From positions 310,001 to 374,000 of the forward strand of contig JALMLS010000065.1 of the NCBI GenBank assembly GCA_038496445.1: 64,000 bases of DNA, read 5' to 3'. Source of the DNA: Trichosphaerium sp. ATCC 40318 (taxonomy: Eukaryota; Protista; Tubulinea). Position numbers and translations under genes: made by a program. Below, piece by piece: positions 26,583-38,100 of the stretch (its first letter is position 1; each line of letters starts with the position of its first letter). The notes beneath the pieces were generated by a model. The model saw nothing but the letters and a program-made list of their open reading frames with translations, ran no database searches and had not been told where the DNA came from.

Positions 26583-27659
26583 AAGGAACAAAACAGAGAT
26601 ACCATTTACCATCTTTACTTAACTATTTTGATACAGGGAACCATTTGGTCTACCTGTTGTATATTTTGCCACTTCTGTACTTTTCTTAACACTGTCAGGA
26701 AACATACCAATTGATATATTACTGGTATTCTTCAAACCAAGATTGGTGTAAACTCGAAAAGACAACTTCTTCAATGGTTAGTAGAACATCACAGTCAAAG
26801 ATTTTTTAAGTGTTATTTTGTCCGTGTTGGATTGTATTCTATGTACTTTATCTTTGATTTATACTTTTCTTGTATCTTTTTTGAAACCAGTTGAAAACAA
26901 TACTTGAATTTATAATCTCTAAAGTATTCACTCTTCTTTGCTTTACCTTCAAGAATAAGCATGACACCTCTAAGGAAACCTGATTGTGTCATATAACACT
27001 TAAACCTTTCTTCTTGTATACCTAGCATATTATCAGCAAATAAAATACTGGCACAGAACATAAGCATTAAGGGGCCCAACCATGTTTTCGTCAAAATGAC
27101 TTGTCTTTTTTCTGCGAGCTTTGCTCTTCAAAGTAGGACTTTACATACTTTTTGATATGCTTTCAAACACTTTATATATCTTCTCTTGTTCCTTAGACAT
27201 ACACTCTTGAAGATGGTCAACTAAACAATCCTTTAAAAGTCGTTGAAATTCTGCTTTCATCTTTTCTCGTATTTCTGGTCCTTTTTTTTTGTCGCTAAGT
27301 GTTTTGAGTATTCTATCTCTCTTAGAAGGTTCTTTGTGCTTAATGATTGATTTATTGTCTTTTGGTTTCGGGGAGCTCTGAGTTTTCTTCATCTCTCTCT
27401 TTGTACGCTTGTTTTTAGGTGTTGTGGTGTCTGTTTTAGTTAATGCGCTTTCATGTGATGCAAGAGGCTTCTTTCTCTTCTTGCTAGCTGTGTATTGGAT
27501 AGCTTTTGGTTTATGGGCCTTTGGTTTATTCCATTGGTAGCAGGTATACGCATAAGTGGATGTGTTACCCATACCCGTTTTTCAATAATTATCACGTTTG
27601 TTTTCAATCAGGTCGCAAAGTCAGAAAACGACTGTAGTTTTCAATCAGGATTGAAAAGT
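26583..27659 (-). repeat. Left arm of about 1.08-kb inverted repeat (pairs with 36711-37801)
   Basis: Reverse complement aligns near-identically with 36711-37801 apart from scattered substitutions and indels in the intron and promoter. Confidence 0.97.
26813..27572 (-). CDS. Orphan 210-aa Lys-rich protein with N-myristoylation motif, copy 1 (exons 27572-27149 and 27021-26813)
   Basis: A GTATGT..TAG phase-1 intron joins two ORF-track entries; N-terminus MGNTST. Confidence 0.75.
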
Positions 27660-28092
27660 AACGATGAGTATTTGTATCAGCCGAATTCTACTGAAAGAGG
27701 ACTAGTGCATCAAATGGACACCATGAAAGACATAATGGTATTTTATTCTCTTGAGAAACATGTAACTTGAAGCGCTAGATTCTAGAGTGACCTGGCAGCC
27801 AAAAAAACTAAAGAGTTGTAGGTATCATTAGGAAACGTGATGGTCCTGTACTGTAACAAGCCCTCCTAGATTGCAAGTCAACTAGTATTTGTACCTTAAT
27901 ATCAGCCAATAAATGCTCCTTACATATCACATACCTTCACTGTGAAAAGTCCTGCATGTTTCAAAGAAAACAATGACTGATCAAAGGAGTTGATTTTTGA
28001 TCTCATTTTTGGTCAATGAGAGAATGTAGTTAGCTTTAGCAAGCATAGATGCTTTATTCACGTTCTAGCAGCAGTTACTCAAAATAAGAGAC

Positions 28093-28330
28093 ATGGACAC
28101 TACAATAGTGTATGAAAATGGCTCGTTTAAAGTCAGTATACGAGGCGGAAAGGTATCTTCCGATGAATACATAAAAAATGGGTTGTGAAAGGGATGGTAT
28201 AATGGACAGCTTAAGGCACAGGGCATGTTGGTTGATGGTAAACTACATGATGAAAGTAAATACTGGTGTGAGAATGGGCAACTCAGTGAACAAACTGGGT
28301 TGCTGGTAACCCACAGGGCAGCACTAAGAT
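28093..28330 (+). pseudogene. MORN-variant (YwqK-like) repeat pseudogene
   Basis: MDTTIVYENGSFK..KNGL*KGWYNGQLKAQGMLVDGKLHDESKYWCENGQL; in-frame TGA at 28186. Confidence 0.65.
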
Positions 28331-28768
28331 ATGGCGCGAGGACAGGCAAATTAAATACATACCTCCACGGAAAGTATATGCTTCATTTTACTGCCCCTTC
28401 CATGAACTACAAACAGTGGATTCATCAAAATCAATAAGGCTGTCTTCGTGAAATTAGTTGAGTAGGCGAGGTTATACATAGCTGAATAAACAAGGAAAAG
28501 AAAAAAACAAACTCACAGAAGGCAAAATATCAAATTGTATGTCATTTTCAACTTTGCGAAACTTATTGTATCACTTGTTTTGTTTTTGACACGTGTTATT
28601 TACTTTGTGTTGTCTGTCTTCAAGTTTTAAGCCAATTTAGATGTATTCATTAAAAACTGTCAGTGCTGACTCCGTACAAAGGACTTTCGGATTTAACAAT
28701 ACACGATTCAAGGCAAACGTGCATCTTAATTCTCCTTTTTTTCTTATAATCGTAGTGATAAATAAACT

Positions 28769-30037
28769 CTAAAAGTACTTTTTATGTCGAGCTAAAGATC
28801 CACTCTTGTACATGTGCTACGATCACAATTATTAGTACAGTATTGTGAATTTTCTATGTTCTTTGTGGGACGTACCTTACCGAGCACATTACCTCCTCTA
28901 CCCCACCACTTATACTCACCATGTCTTTCTCCATCCTTATAATAACATTGCATCCGTAGCATACCATTAGAATGGTATTCTTTGTGAACACCGCACTTTT
29001 TACTCATTTTATAGTAACATTGCATCTTAAGACCTCCACCTACATACCACTCTTTATAAATCTTGTTCTTTAGTCCATTTATATAAAAGCACTTTATACG
29101 TATCTTTCCATACTTTGTCCATTCTCTATACTTACCATCAAGCTTGCCATCAACAAAGGAACATTTCTTTACACAAACTTTGTTAAAATATCTACAATAC
29201 TCTCCATCTAATACACCACTTTTCACGTGAGCAAGAACTCTTAGATTACCATGAATATCATAAATACGTCTTTCTCCATCCTCCAGACCATTAACATACA
29301 TAGAATCTGCATAAACTTGCCCAGAAGGATGATATGTTCTGAAAACGCCAACTATTTTTCCTTTGATAAAAGTTCTTTGTGTTGCGAGTTGCCCGTTACT
29401 ATGCCACGTGCTATGTACACCTTCTTTCTTTCCTTTTTTATATTTACATGTAGAAGAGAGTATACCACTATCATGCCATGTCTCGTACAAGCCATGTTCC
29501 TATGATAGAGTAAGAAAAGAAAACTGCGATGAAATGAAGTATTCCTAAATTACTTCATCGTTTTTATAGTTACTGAGCTCTATGAGCACGCCTTTATCTG
29601 TCCATGCTCTATATTCTCCTTCTAAGTAACCTCGTTTATACGTTCCTTCTTGTGAAGGATTACCTGATGCAAACCTAAGTGAGCAGTGAGCGACGTACTG
29701 TTTTTCTTTGAAAAGTAACCAATTGAATTGTCCGTTGCATTACGAACCACCACTTGCATAAACCATCCCGATCACCACGTTTAAAATAGCATTCAGCATG
29801 TTTTATACCGTTAAGGTGCCAAGATAGCCAATGACCATTTTTGGCCATAGATTTATTGAATCTTGTACTCAGCGCAAAGTCACGCGTCAATTCTGGCCAT
29901 TTACGGTAAATTTCACTATCCAGCTCCCAGATGAGTCTGTGGAGCTCCAATGGTAAGTCAAATAGCCTATTAGAGTAATCAGAGAGCCGGGCAATTGTAT
30001 TTTTTAACGTTATTCTTGGTTTAAGCCGCGTCGTCAT
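28769..30037 (-). CDS. F-box-like N-terminus plus MORN-variant (YwqK antitoxin-like) repeat protein, 3 introns
   Basis: LFDLPLELHRLIWEL then about 12 repeats of the type WHSNGQL..Y.NG..DG.Y; phase-compatible GT-AG introns near 29745-29675, 29552-29499 and 28876-28820. Confidence 0.85.
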
Positions 30038-30256
30038 CTCATTGCGTTGATCGAGGTAAAACCGCCAAGACACGCTTTGTTGCGTTGATGTGTGACTGTA
30101 ATACGCCTAACAATCGTACTACACCAAAAAAAATTATCGCGATTGAAAGTACGTTGACTTTATAGCTTGGTGAGCTCAAAACAGCAAAGACGTATGTTTG
30201 AATAGTTGCGCCATCTATTATCTACCTTATACAAGCCTCTAACGCTATAAATCAAG

Positions 30257-32014
30257 ATGCTACAAAAATTACTTCGCTCTTCTCGCCGTAGTGTTGCTAG
30301 CGCGTCAGTAGCAACGAAACAGAGCGTACAAATACGACAGCGATGCACTGCCGCTGCAAGCGCCAAAGAGGAAGCCACGATGGTAGAAAAGCCTACAGAA
30401 ACGGTTGAGGAAGTTGTACCAAAGAAAAAGGTGATTATTGCCATATTTTACCTTACACTCGCTAAGATTCTTCTAACTACGTTTAATAGTACGACATACC
30501 ACCATTAACGGTCGTTCTCGATATAGACGAAGTTCTCATCTGTTCGCGATACAGAGCGCACCACGGCGCTCCTTACGCAGGGGTATGCTCATTGACCGCG
30601 TTTACGCTTTATTCAGGCACTTTGCAGCGAATACTGTCGTTTGACATTATCTAGTCAATGCAACTTGATGATCTCTTTGGTTTGATGGATAAGAGCCTTG
30701 AAGAACCAAAACTACAAGGTCTTGTAATTGATATGCTTAAATCTAAGGCAAATACTGTTGATGAGCTACGAGATGTTCTACAAGATAATGACAAGTGCAA
30801 AGAAATCCAAGATGAATGGTCGAAAGGTACTTTTTTTTCTGTTAAATCTTTCGCGTTTTTTTGTGCTGTGAATACACTTTTATACTATTATAATGTACCG
30901 TGTATGTGCTGTATATATATGATTATAGTTTTACATGGTAATGAATGTATTCTTTGACGGTCATGGCGATTTAAAAATATTTTGGATGTAACTTACTTTT
31001 TTTTTGTAGAAGTCGGGTCTGTTGGAGATAAGAAAGATTTTGTTTACTTCTTACCACAACTTGTTACTGATACAGGATTCTTTGATTTCCGTAAAGAGAT
31101 TGACGCTGTCCCAGGTACTGTAAACTGTCCACATTGCATATTTTGATTTTTGACACTTGCAATTCTTTTTTTTTTTTGGTTGCTCTATCAAAGCGCTTAT
31201 CTATGTGATTAGATATCGAAATGATTGTAGATAAATTCCGTCATAGCAGAAGATATTGTGCAAGGCCTCATTTGGCTCACTTTTTACAAGAGTTACACAA
31301 AATGGAAAATGTACAAATTGCTGTCTTTTGTGGTGGTATGTTGACACGTTATTTTTTTTCTCATTTTCTATTTTTTTTTTGCTACGTAAGTTGTCTTTGT
31401 TATGCGTTTGATTATCCTCTATTAATGGGCAGTGTTCATATTCATTTTACATAGCGTTACAACCATATGTTGATGAAGTACTTGAGACGCTTGGAGACGA
31501 GTTATTCCATCACAAGTTGAGAAGATACAATCAAGACTTATCTCGACCACATTGGGAGAAAGACTTGAAAACATTTGAGGATGTTGTTGATTTAGATAGA
31601 ACAATAATGATAGATGATAGTAGTTCCGGAGAACTAGACACAGTACGGTTTTATTTCCTTCACAAAAACAAACCACAAAAAGAATTTCTTAACTTCAAGC
31701 GTTGGTGTTCCCAATCACAGACTTGGGCTTCCCTCTAGTTATTCTTCGTTTCTTTGTGTATAAAGGTATGTAAGGACTAATTTATTTCGTAGAAAGCTGT
31801 TAATGTATTACCTTACTGGGGTCTACAGTATCAAGAAGAGACTGATGCTGAACTATTATATTTGTTGGATGTTTTAAAAGAAGTTCAACATACGCCTAAT
31901 GCAGCCACTAAAGTTCTTGAATTAAACCAAAAATTAGATGCAAAGAGACGTGAGAGTCCTTGGTACTACAAAAATCGTATTTTAGGCGAACATGCAAAGC
32001 ACTGGTTCTACTAA
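30257..32014 (+). CDS. NIF/FCP1-like HAD phosphatase with mitochondrial-type presequence
   Basis: MLQKLLRSSRRSVASASV presequence; LTVVLDIDEVLI (DxD motif), RPHLAHFLQEL, KDL..DLDRTIMIDDS, DAELLYLLDVL. Confidence 0.85.
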
Positions 32015-32463
32015 AGAATAAAACAAAAATTATATCTAAAAAGAAAACGTTGTACTTCGCTTTGTCAAAGTGTAATACCTCATGCTCAAACGGAATATGC
32101 CACATTCTTAAATACATAATGTATTATTTCTTTCTTCATTGAATGGTACAGTCAAGGAGAACTTCAGGGTCAAAGGAGATGAAAGTTAATAAATACGATT
32201 AGTCCAGCTGGCAAAAGTAGTATGAACACTAGAATTTGTCAACTTTGTAGTATTGTTCATCAATATGCCCTTCTATGACTTGGAGTGACTGTTGTAGAAA
32301 TTACTGGTTTGAGAAATTGTTACAAAGCCAAGCACTGAAAAACACGTGATTTCAGGAAAGTTAAAATAAATACCATAAAAGGTAAAATCTGTAAGTTAAT
32401 GAAATGTAAAAGTAAAGCTTTCTTTAAGCGATGTACAACCTTATTTTTAGTAGTAAATGTTGT

Positions 32464-33729
32464 TTAATAGGTAATAGTGTGAACACCAGTTAAGGCCTTT
32501 ATACATTTATCAGTAGCACCAGTCCCTTTAAGACAAATAGTATGAACACCAACCAAGTAGTTAACACCTTTGTCTGTAACATTTGTGTAACTAAGATCAA
32601 TTGTATGCACTCCAGCCAATGCTTTGATACCTTTGTCTGTAACTCTTGTATTGTAAAGATGAATTGTATGAACTCCAGCCAATGCTTTGATACCTTTGTC
32701 TGTAACTTTCGTGCCAGTAAGAAATATTGTATGAACACCAGCTAAGTGCTTGACACCTGAATCTGTAACATTTGTGTAACTAAGATCAATCATATGAACT
32801 CCAGCTAATTCTTTAACACCTTCATCTGTTACTGTTGTATAATTGAGATGTATTGTATGAACTCCAGCCAATGTTGTCATACCTTCATCTGTAACTCTTG
32901 TATTGAAAAGACTAATTGTATGAACTCCAGCCAATGCCTTCATACTTGCGTCTGTTACATTAGTATTAGTAACGTCAATAGCATAAACACCAGCTAGTGC
33001 CTTGATACCATCATCAGTGACTTGTTTACAGCTCCTTAAATAAATTGTATGGACACCAGCTAATGCTTTGATACCTTCATCTGCCACAAAAGTATAGCTC
33101 AGATCAATATTGTGAACGCCAGCAAGAGCCTTTACACCATCGTCTGTCACTTTTGTGTATTTAAGGTTAATCGTATGAACACCAGCTAAAGCCTTAATAC
33201 CATCATTAGACACTTTGGCACAATTGCTTAGATCAATGTTATGAACGCCAGCCAAATATTTAATCCCTTCATCTGTAACAAAATATGCTCGAGATAAATT
33301 TATTTTTTTGATTCCAGAAAGTTGTTTGAGGTGACCATCAGTGATGAATGTACACTTGCTACTAAAGGCAATACTGTGAATACCTCTTAACTTTGTAAAA
33401 TCAATATTTACTCTCTTGATGTCCTTATCAAGTCTGAGGGAGTGCACTCCTTGAAGGTACTGTAGTTGTTTCTGTTTGATAGGAAATTTGATGATTATAG
33501 TGTTTGTTTTAATGAGATGAGGCATTGTTTTGAACAGTTTTTTGAGTGAACGTTGTGATGTGATGACAATCTCTCTTCTATTTGCGTATCCCATGTGTTG
33601 TGTTGCGACCATTTTTAACGATTTTGAAGTACGGACTACCAAATGCATAGTTACCTTAGAAACAAAGTGTAGAATGTAAACAATGACTTCAACTGGAATT
33701 TCATCAAAGAATGCGCTGTTTGAGTTCAT
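32464..33729 (-). CDS. Intronless F-box-like plus leucine-rich repeat protein (cassette copy 1)
   Basis: FFDEIPVEVIVYILHFV then about 14 repeats of 21-22 aa, consensus LAGVHTIxLxxTxVTDxGxKA. Confidence 0.92.
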   Translation of the reverse strand: MNSNSAFFDEIPVEVIVYILHFVSKVTMHLVVRTSKSLKMVATQHMGYANRREIVITSQRSLKKLFKTMPHLIKTNTIIIKFPIKQKQLQYLQGVHSLRLDKDIKRVNIDFTKLRGIHSIAFSSKCTFITDGHLKQLSGIKKINLSRAYFVTDEGIKYLAGVHNIDLSNCAKVSNDGIKALAGVHTINLKYTKVTDDGVKALAGVHNIDLSYTFVADEGIKALAGVHTIYLRSCKQVTDDGIKALAGVYAIDVTNTNVTDASMKALAGVHTISLFNTRVTDEGMTTLAGVHTIHLNYTTVTDEGVKELAGVHMIDLSYTNVTDSGVKHLAGVHTIFLTGTKVTDKGIKALAGVHTIHLYNTRVTDKGIKALAGVHTIDLSYTNVTDKGVNYLVGVHTICLKGTGATDKCIKALTGVHTITY

Positions 33730-34058
33730 TTTGTCAAAATAGATGTATCTAATAGATTAGGGGATGTATGTTTGTGTTTTAGAGTGCCAAGTAAACGTAA
33801 AGAGATGTTGTTTGTTTATTCTAAGCATACTGACTTACTAAGACTTAATACACATTCCAGCGTATGTACATATCATCTAGAGGGTAAGTTTCTACTAGCC
33901 GGTGGTTTATTTCTTTAAAATAAACTACACTTGATAGCGAACATAATAGTTTTGACAAAAAAAAACGTGATAAGAAAAAAAAGAGAAATTGTTTTTATTT
34001 TTGACACAGAGACCATGATCAGTCTTGTACAACTGTAATTGGATATTCATTTCAGTAT

Positions 34059-34620
34059 TTATTTGGCAGTGACATCAGCTTCCTTTGAAGCACCACCCCA
34101 TTTGGAGTAGTCGACTTCAAATTTTGGAGCCAATTGGAAGATACCATGGAAGTTTTGTTTTGGCATGTCCTTGTCAAGTTTTGGGAACGCGAACTTGAAT
34201 CCTCTGCTCTTAGTTCTAAAAAAATAATGGTGAGTTGACGTTGGTGAGGCGAAGAAAATTAAAAAGGTTGTAAAGCGCAGATTTTGGAGAAAGACAAAAG
34301 ACATGAACGACCACTTTTATTCACTGATCAAAAAAGAAGATTTCGAAAGTTGTTTGTGCTTTGAGTACGTACTTTCCAGCAGGGATATGACCAAAGTCAA
34401 GGGTAACTTTATCTAGATCTCCAGAACCACCGCATGTCATGACCTCAGAGTGGAAAGGAGAGTCTTCATCAACATCGACGTAAGCCAAGCAGTCGGTGAT
34501 TGGAATTGGAAGCTTGTTGGTAAACTTGACTTTACAACAGTATGTGGTCTTGTCATCGAGGTTTGCTGGTACGTCGTACTCAACTTTAACACAGCCGTCT
34601 TCAACACAGATAGAAGTCAT
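34059..34620 (-). CDS. 134-aa uncharacterised beta-sandwich/Ig-like protein, copy 1 (exons 34620-34373 and 34215-34059)
   Basis: Phase-2 GTACGT..TAG intron at the same codon as in copy 2; mostly synonymous differences between copies; C-ending codon bias. Confidence 0.88.
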
Positions 34621-35253
34621 TGTTTTTATGAGAGTTGTTGTTTGTTGTTTGTTTGGATGATGAGAAATGACTGTATTTTAGAGCAGTGTTAAGCTATGTG
34701 TTTGTGTATTCCCGCCTCCACTGACTACTGACATACTAATGGTAGTTTTAATGTTCACCACTATGCCCACCTATTTTTGCTGTTAACGTGTCAGTACAGT
34801 GAGCACATGCGTAGGGAATATAGACAAACCCATGTTCGTCCATTATAAGTTTCGTCAAGGATTGATTATTGGTTCGCTTCCTACCCACTTCTTAAACTTC
34901 TGGTATGTTTAGAATAGTGCCATTTAGTTTAAACTACCAAAATAAGTCTATCTGTCATATTTCACCAAGTACCAATATCGCAAATATCTTTCTATTTTCA
35001 TGTTACTACAAGTAGAATAACTTCTTTCAAACAATCACGGACCTCGAAATACATCAACATTTTTAACCACGTGGCGTGATATTTTTTTATTTCCTCAAGC
35101 CAACACCTGTGCTAGGGTTGTACATGATATACGCAGACAAGCGTCATAGTATTTGGATAATTATTCACATTGAACTTCTAGAAAGATGAAAACGTCACTT
35201 AACAAGGTTCACACTAGACATCAAACTACAACTGTTCACCAACATACAGCAAC

Positions 35254-35436
35254 ATGCCTTACTACGGAGTTCATCGCCCTACTTACCGCCCTACCCCACG
35301 CCCTAGCCTTGCTTGCGGAGGCGGTTGTAGACCATCAATATGTAGACCTTCATGCCCACCTCCACGCCCAACCCATCCTCCTCGTCCTACAATCTGCCGT
35401 CCAAACCACGGATGCTATGGTTACAGATGCTACTAG
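35254..35436 (+). CDS. 60-aa Arg-Pro/Cys/Tyr-rich peptide, copy 1
   Basis: ORF length and frame conserved with 50867-51049, with many synonymous changes; shared start context AACATACAGCAAC-ATG. Confidence 0.88.
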   Translation: MPYYGVHRPTYRPTPRPSLACGGGCRPSICRPSCPPPRPTHPPRPTICRPNHGCYGYRCY

Positions 35437-36389
35437 CACTATACGTACGTAAGCTATACTAGTTCTTAGCGTTCTAACGCTGATTTAATAGCTATGAAGT
35501 TATGGTATTGTACGCAAACTACTTGAGGTTCTGTGCAAGATTAAATCGTTTAAAAAACCAATAACAGCAGTTTCTAAACTGACGTGCAGTACTGTGAAAA
35601 TCTTCCTTTATCAATAAAACAAAGTTCCTAATACCATTGTACCCAACTTGCTTGTATACGAATAATCTAGGTAACCCACAGACCGTGATGTAGCACCCTA
35701 AACAACCAGTAATGGAAAAAGGTATACTGAGTTATTGTATGTCTCAGTCAAGTTTTAATCAGCCTGCCTGGGAGCAGGCGTCAAGCGAAAAAGCTATGAA
35801 TCCGTCTCAAAAACACGTGATTTTTCAAACCCAAACCAAAATTGTTTATTTACATATTTGATACCTGGTGGCGTTTACAAAGCATATGGTAGCGTCGTTT
35901 TACTGGTTTGAATTGTAGTGTATGATTTTTTAACGCTATAACCCCTGTTGATGCCGTGAGAGCGCTATTGACAGCGTAGGCAGGCGCTAGTTGTAGTGCT
36001 AGTAAATTTTACACTTACCTGTACAATACAGTTGGTTTTTCATCACGTAAAACAACGTCGAACAGTGTTTGAGTCTAATCATACCAATATTTAGCTTTTA
36101 GCCATCGTACCTTTTCTTTTAGCTACCAAATGACTTCTGTGGCTTGAACGTACCACGTACAGTGCCTAGGTAATATTGCGATCTTTCATGCGAAGAAAAT
36201 GGTTAGACGTGGAGCTGACATTAAAAATTTTGCTATCACTTAAGTTATATAAGCCACTATGAAGGACAGTATTGTACAGCAAATAATTCACATTGTGGTA
36301 GATCTACACCGTTAGACAGAATTGTCAATTCTTGCTAGATCTGGTAAAGTGCTAAGAACTCACTCTCTGAATTATTCAGAAATATTAGT

Positions 36390-36575
36390 AAGCCTCTCAT
36401 GCCATCTTTTACTTTCACAATGCTGCTCATCAGTTCTCATGTTAAATGTCGATCAATCATCCACAATATCTGTGTTTTTAGTTGTCCATTCTCATGCCAC
36501 TCTACCTCCAGCATGTTTATCATCAACCCACATACACTGCCCTTTGTTTGAATGCCCCGAAAATATGAGCCACAT
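36390..36575 (-). pseudogene. MORN-variant remnant mirroring 28093-28330
   Basis: Broken frames read GQCMWVDDKH / VEWHENGQLKTQILWMID / HCESKRWHE. Confidence 0.5.
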
Positions 36576-36710
36576 TTGATTGTGTACCAACTTTTTTTTT
36601 TAATGTTGCAACGTCAAAAAGTGTTCAAAGTGACATAATTAATAAATTGTTAATCAGTTTTGGTTTTCATGGATTATAGGATGAGTATTCTGGAATAGTG
36701 CTTAAGTATG

Positions 36711-37801
36711 ACTTTTCAATCCTGATTGAAAGCGACTTAGCGATCTTGATTGAAAACAAACGTGTGATAATTATTGAAAAACGAGTATGGGTAACACCTC
36801 CACTTATGCGTATACCTGCTATCAATGGAACAAACCAAAGGCCCATAAACCAAAAGCTATCCAATACACATCTAGCAAGAAGAGAAAGAAGCCTCTTGCA
36901 TCACATGAAAGCGCATTGACTAAAACAGACACCACAACACCTAAAAACAAGCGTACAAAGAGACAGATGAAGAAAACTCAGAGCTACCCGAAACCAAAAG
37001 ACAATAAATCAATCATAAAGCACAAAGAACCTTCCAAGAGAGATAGAATACTCAAAACACTTAGCGACAAAAAAAAAGGACCAGAAATACGAGAAAAGAT
37101 GAAAGCAGAATTTCAACGACTTTTAAAGGATTGTTTAGTTGACCATCTTCAGGAATGTATGTCTAAGGAACAAGAAAAGATATATAAAGTGTTTGAAAGC
37201 ATATCAAAAAGTACGTAAAGTCCCACTTTGAAGAGCAAAACTCGCAGAAAAAAGACAATTCATTTTGAAAGAAAACATGGTTGACCTTAACTTGAGCAAC
37301 TTGCGCTCAATCTATGCTTATATTCTGTGCCATTATTGTATTTGCTGATAATACGTTAGGTATAAAGGAAGAGAGGTTTCAGTGTTATATGACACAATCA
37401 GGTTTCCTTAGAGGTGTTATGCTTATTCTTGAAGGTAAAGCAAAGAAGAGTGAATACTTTAGAGATTATAAATTCAAGTATTGTTTTCAACTGGTTTCAA
37501 AAAAGATACAAGAAAAGTATAAATCAAAGATAAAGTACATAGAATACAATCCAACACGGACAAAATAACACTTAAAAAATCTTTGACTGTGATGTTCTAC
37601 TAACGATTGAAGAAGTTGTCTTTTCGAGTTTACACCAATCTTGGTTTGAAGAATACCAGTAATATATCAACTGGTATGTTTCCTGATAATGTTAAGGAAA
37701 GTATATGAGTGGTGAAATATACAACAGGTTGGCCAAATGTGTTCCTTGTATCAAAATAGTTTAGTAAAGATGGTAAATGGTATCTATGTTTTTTGTTCCT
37801 T
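36711..37801 (+). repeat. Right arm of about 1.08-kb inverted repeat (pairs with 26583-27659)
   Basis: Direct comparison with the reverse complement of the left arm. Confidence 0.97.
36787..37568 (+). CDS. Orphan 210-aa Lys-rich protein with N-myristoylation motif, copy 2 (exons 36787-37210 and 37360-37568)
   Basis: GTACGT..TAG intron 37211-37359; 5 aa differences from copy 1. Confidence 0.75.
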
Positions 37802-38100
37802 CCTTTAACACAAGCACCCAGCCTGAGACAATCTTAAATGCTCTGTGCTAAGTCAGTTTACTTGTTAAATGGTGCTCAACCTCGTTAATACAGTCGTTGT
37901 ACGTAAAGGTATTAGTGTAGGCTCTAAGAGCAATCTGTAAAACATCAAAGTAAATTTATATTCATTTTCGTTTTTGTGTTGAACTCAAAACCCTCCTTCT
38001 TTATCGTCATCGCACGTGACAAAAGTTGTTCACCGACTTTTTATGTTGTTAAGTTTTTCAATAAAGTTCGTTTTGTTTCTAAAGAGCACGTGTGCACAAG

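Noticed and set aside
28186-28188. In-frame TGA as a recoded stop or alternative genetic code
   Set aside because: Conserved genes end in TGA, TAA and TAG and use TGG for Trp; the surrounding frame is decayed
28769-30037. Bacterial toxin-antitoxin system (YwqK antitoxin)
   Set aside because: Spliceosomal introns, an F-box-like N-terminus and no adjacent toxin; only the repeat type is shared
32500-33300. Regular 63-66 bp repeats as a CRISPR-like array
   Set aside because: They are in-frame coding LRR units with codon-position variation; eukaryotic context with no cas genes
35186-35452. 88-aa overlapping ORF as the real gene
   Set aside because: Only the 60-aa frame is conserved in the second copy
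26583-37801. Polinton/Maverick, virophage or composite transposon bounded by long TIRs
   Set aside because: No integrase, pPolB, ATPase, capsid or transposase; no TSD; the interior holds intron-rich host-type genes
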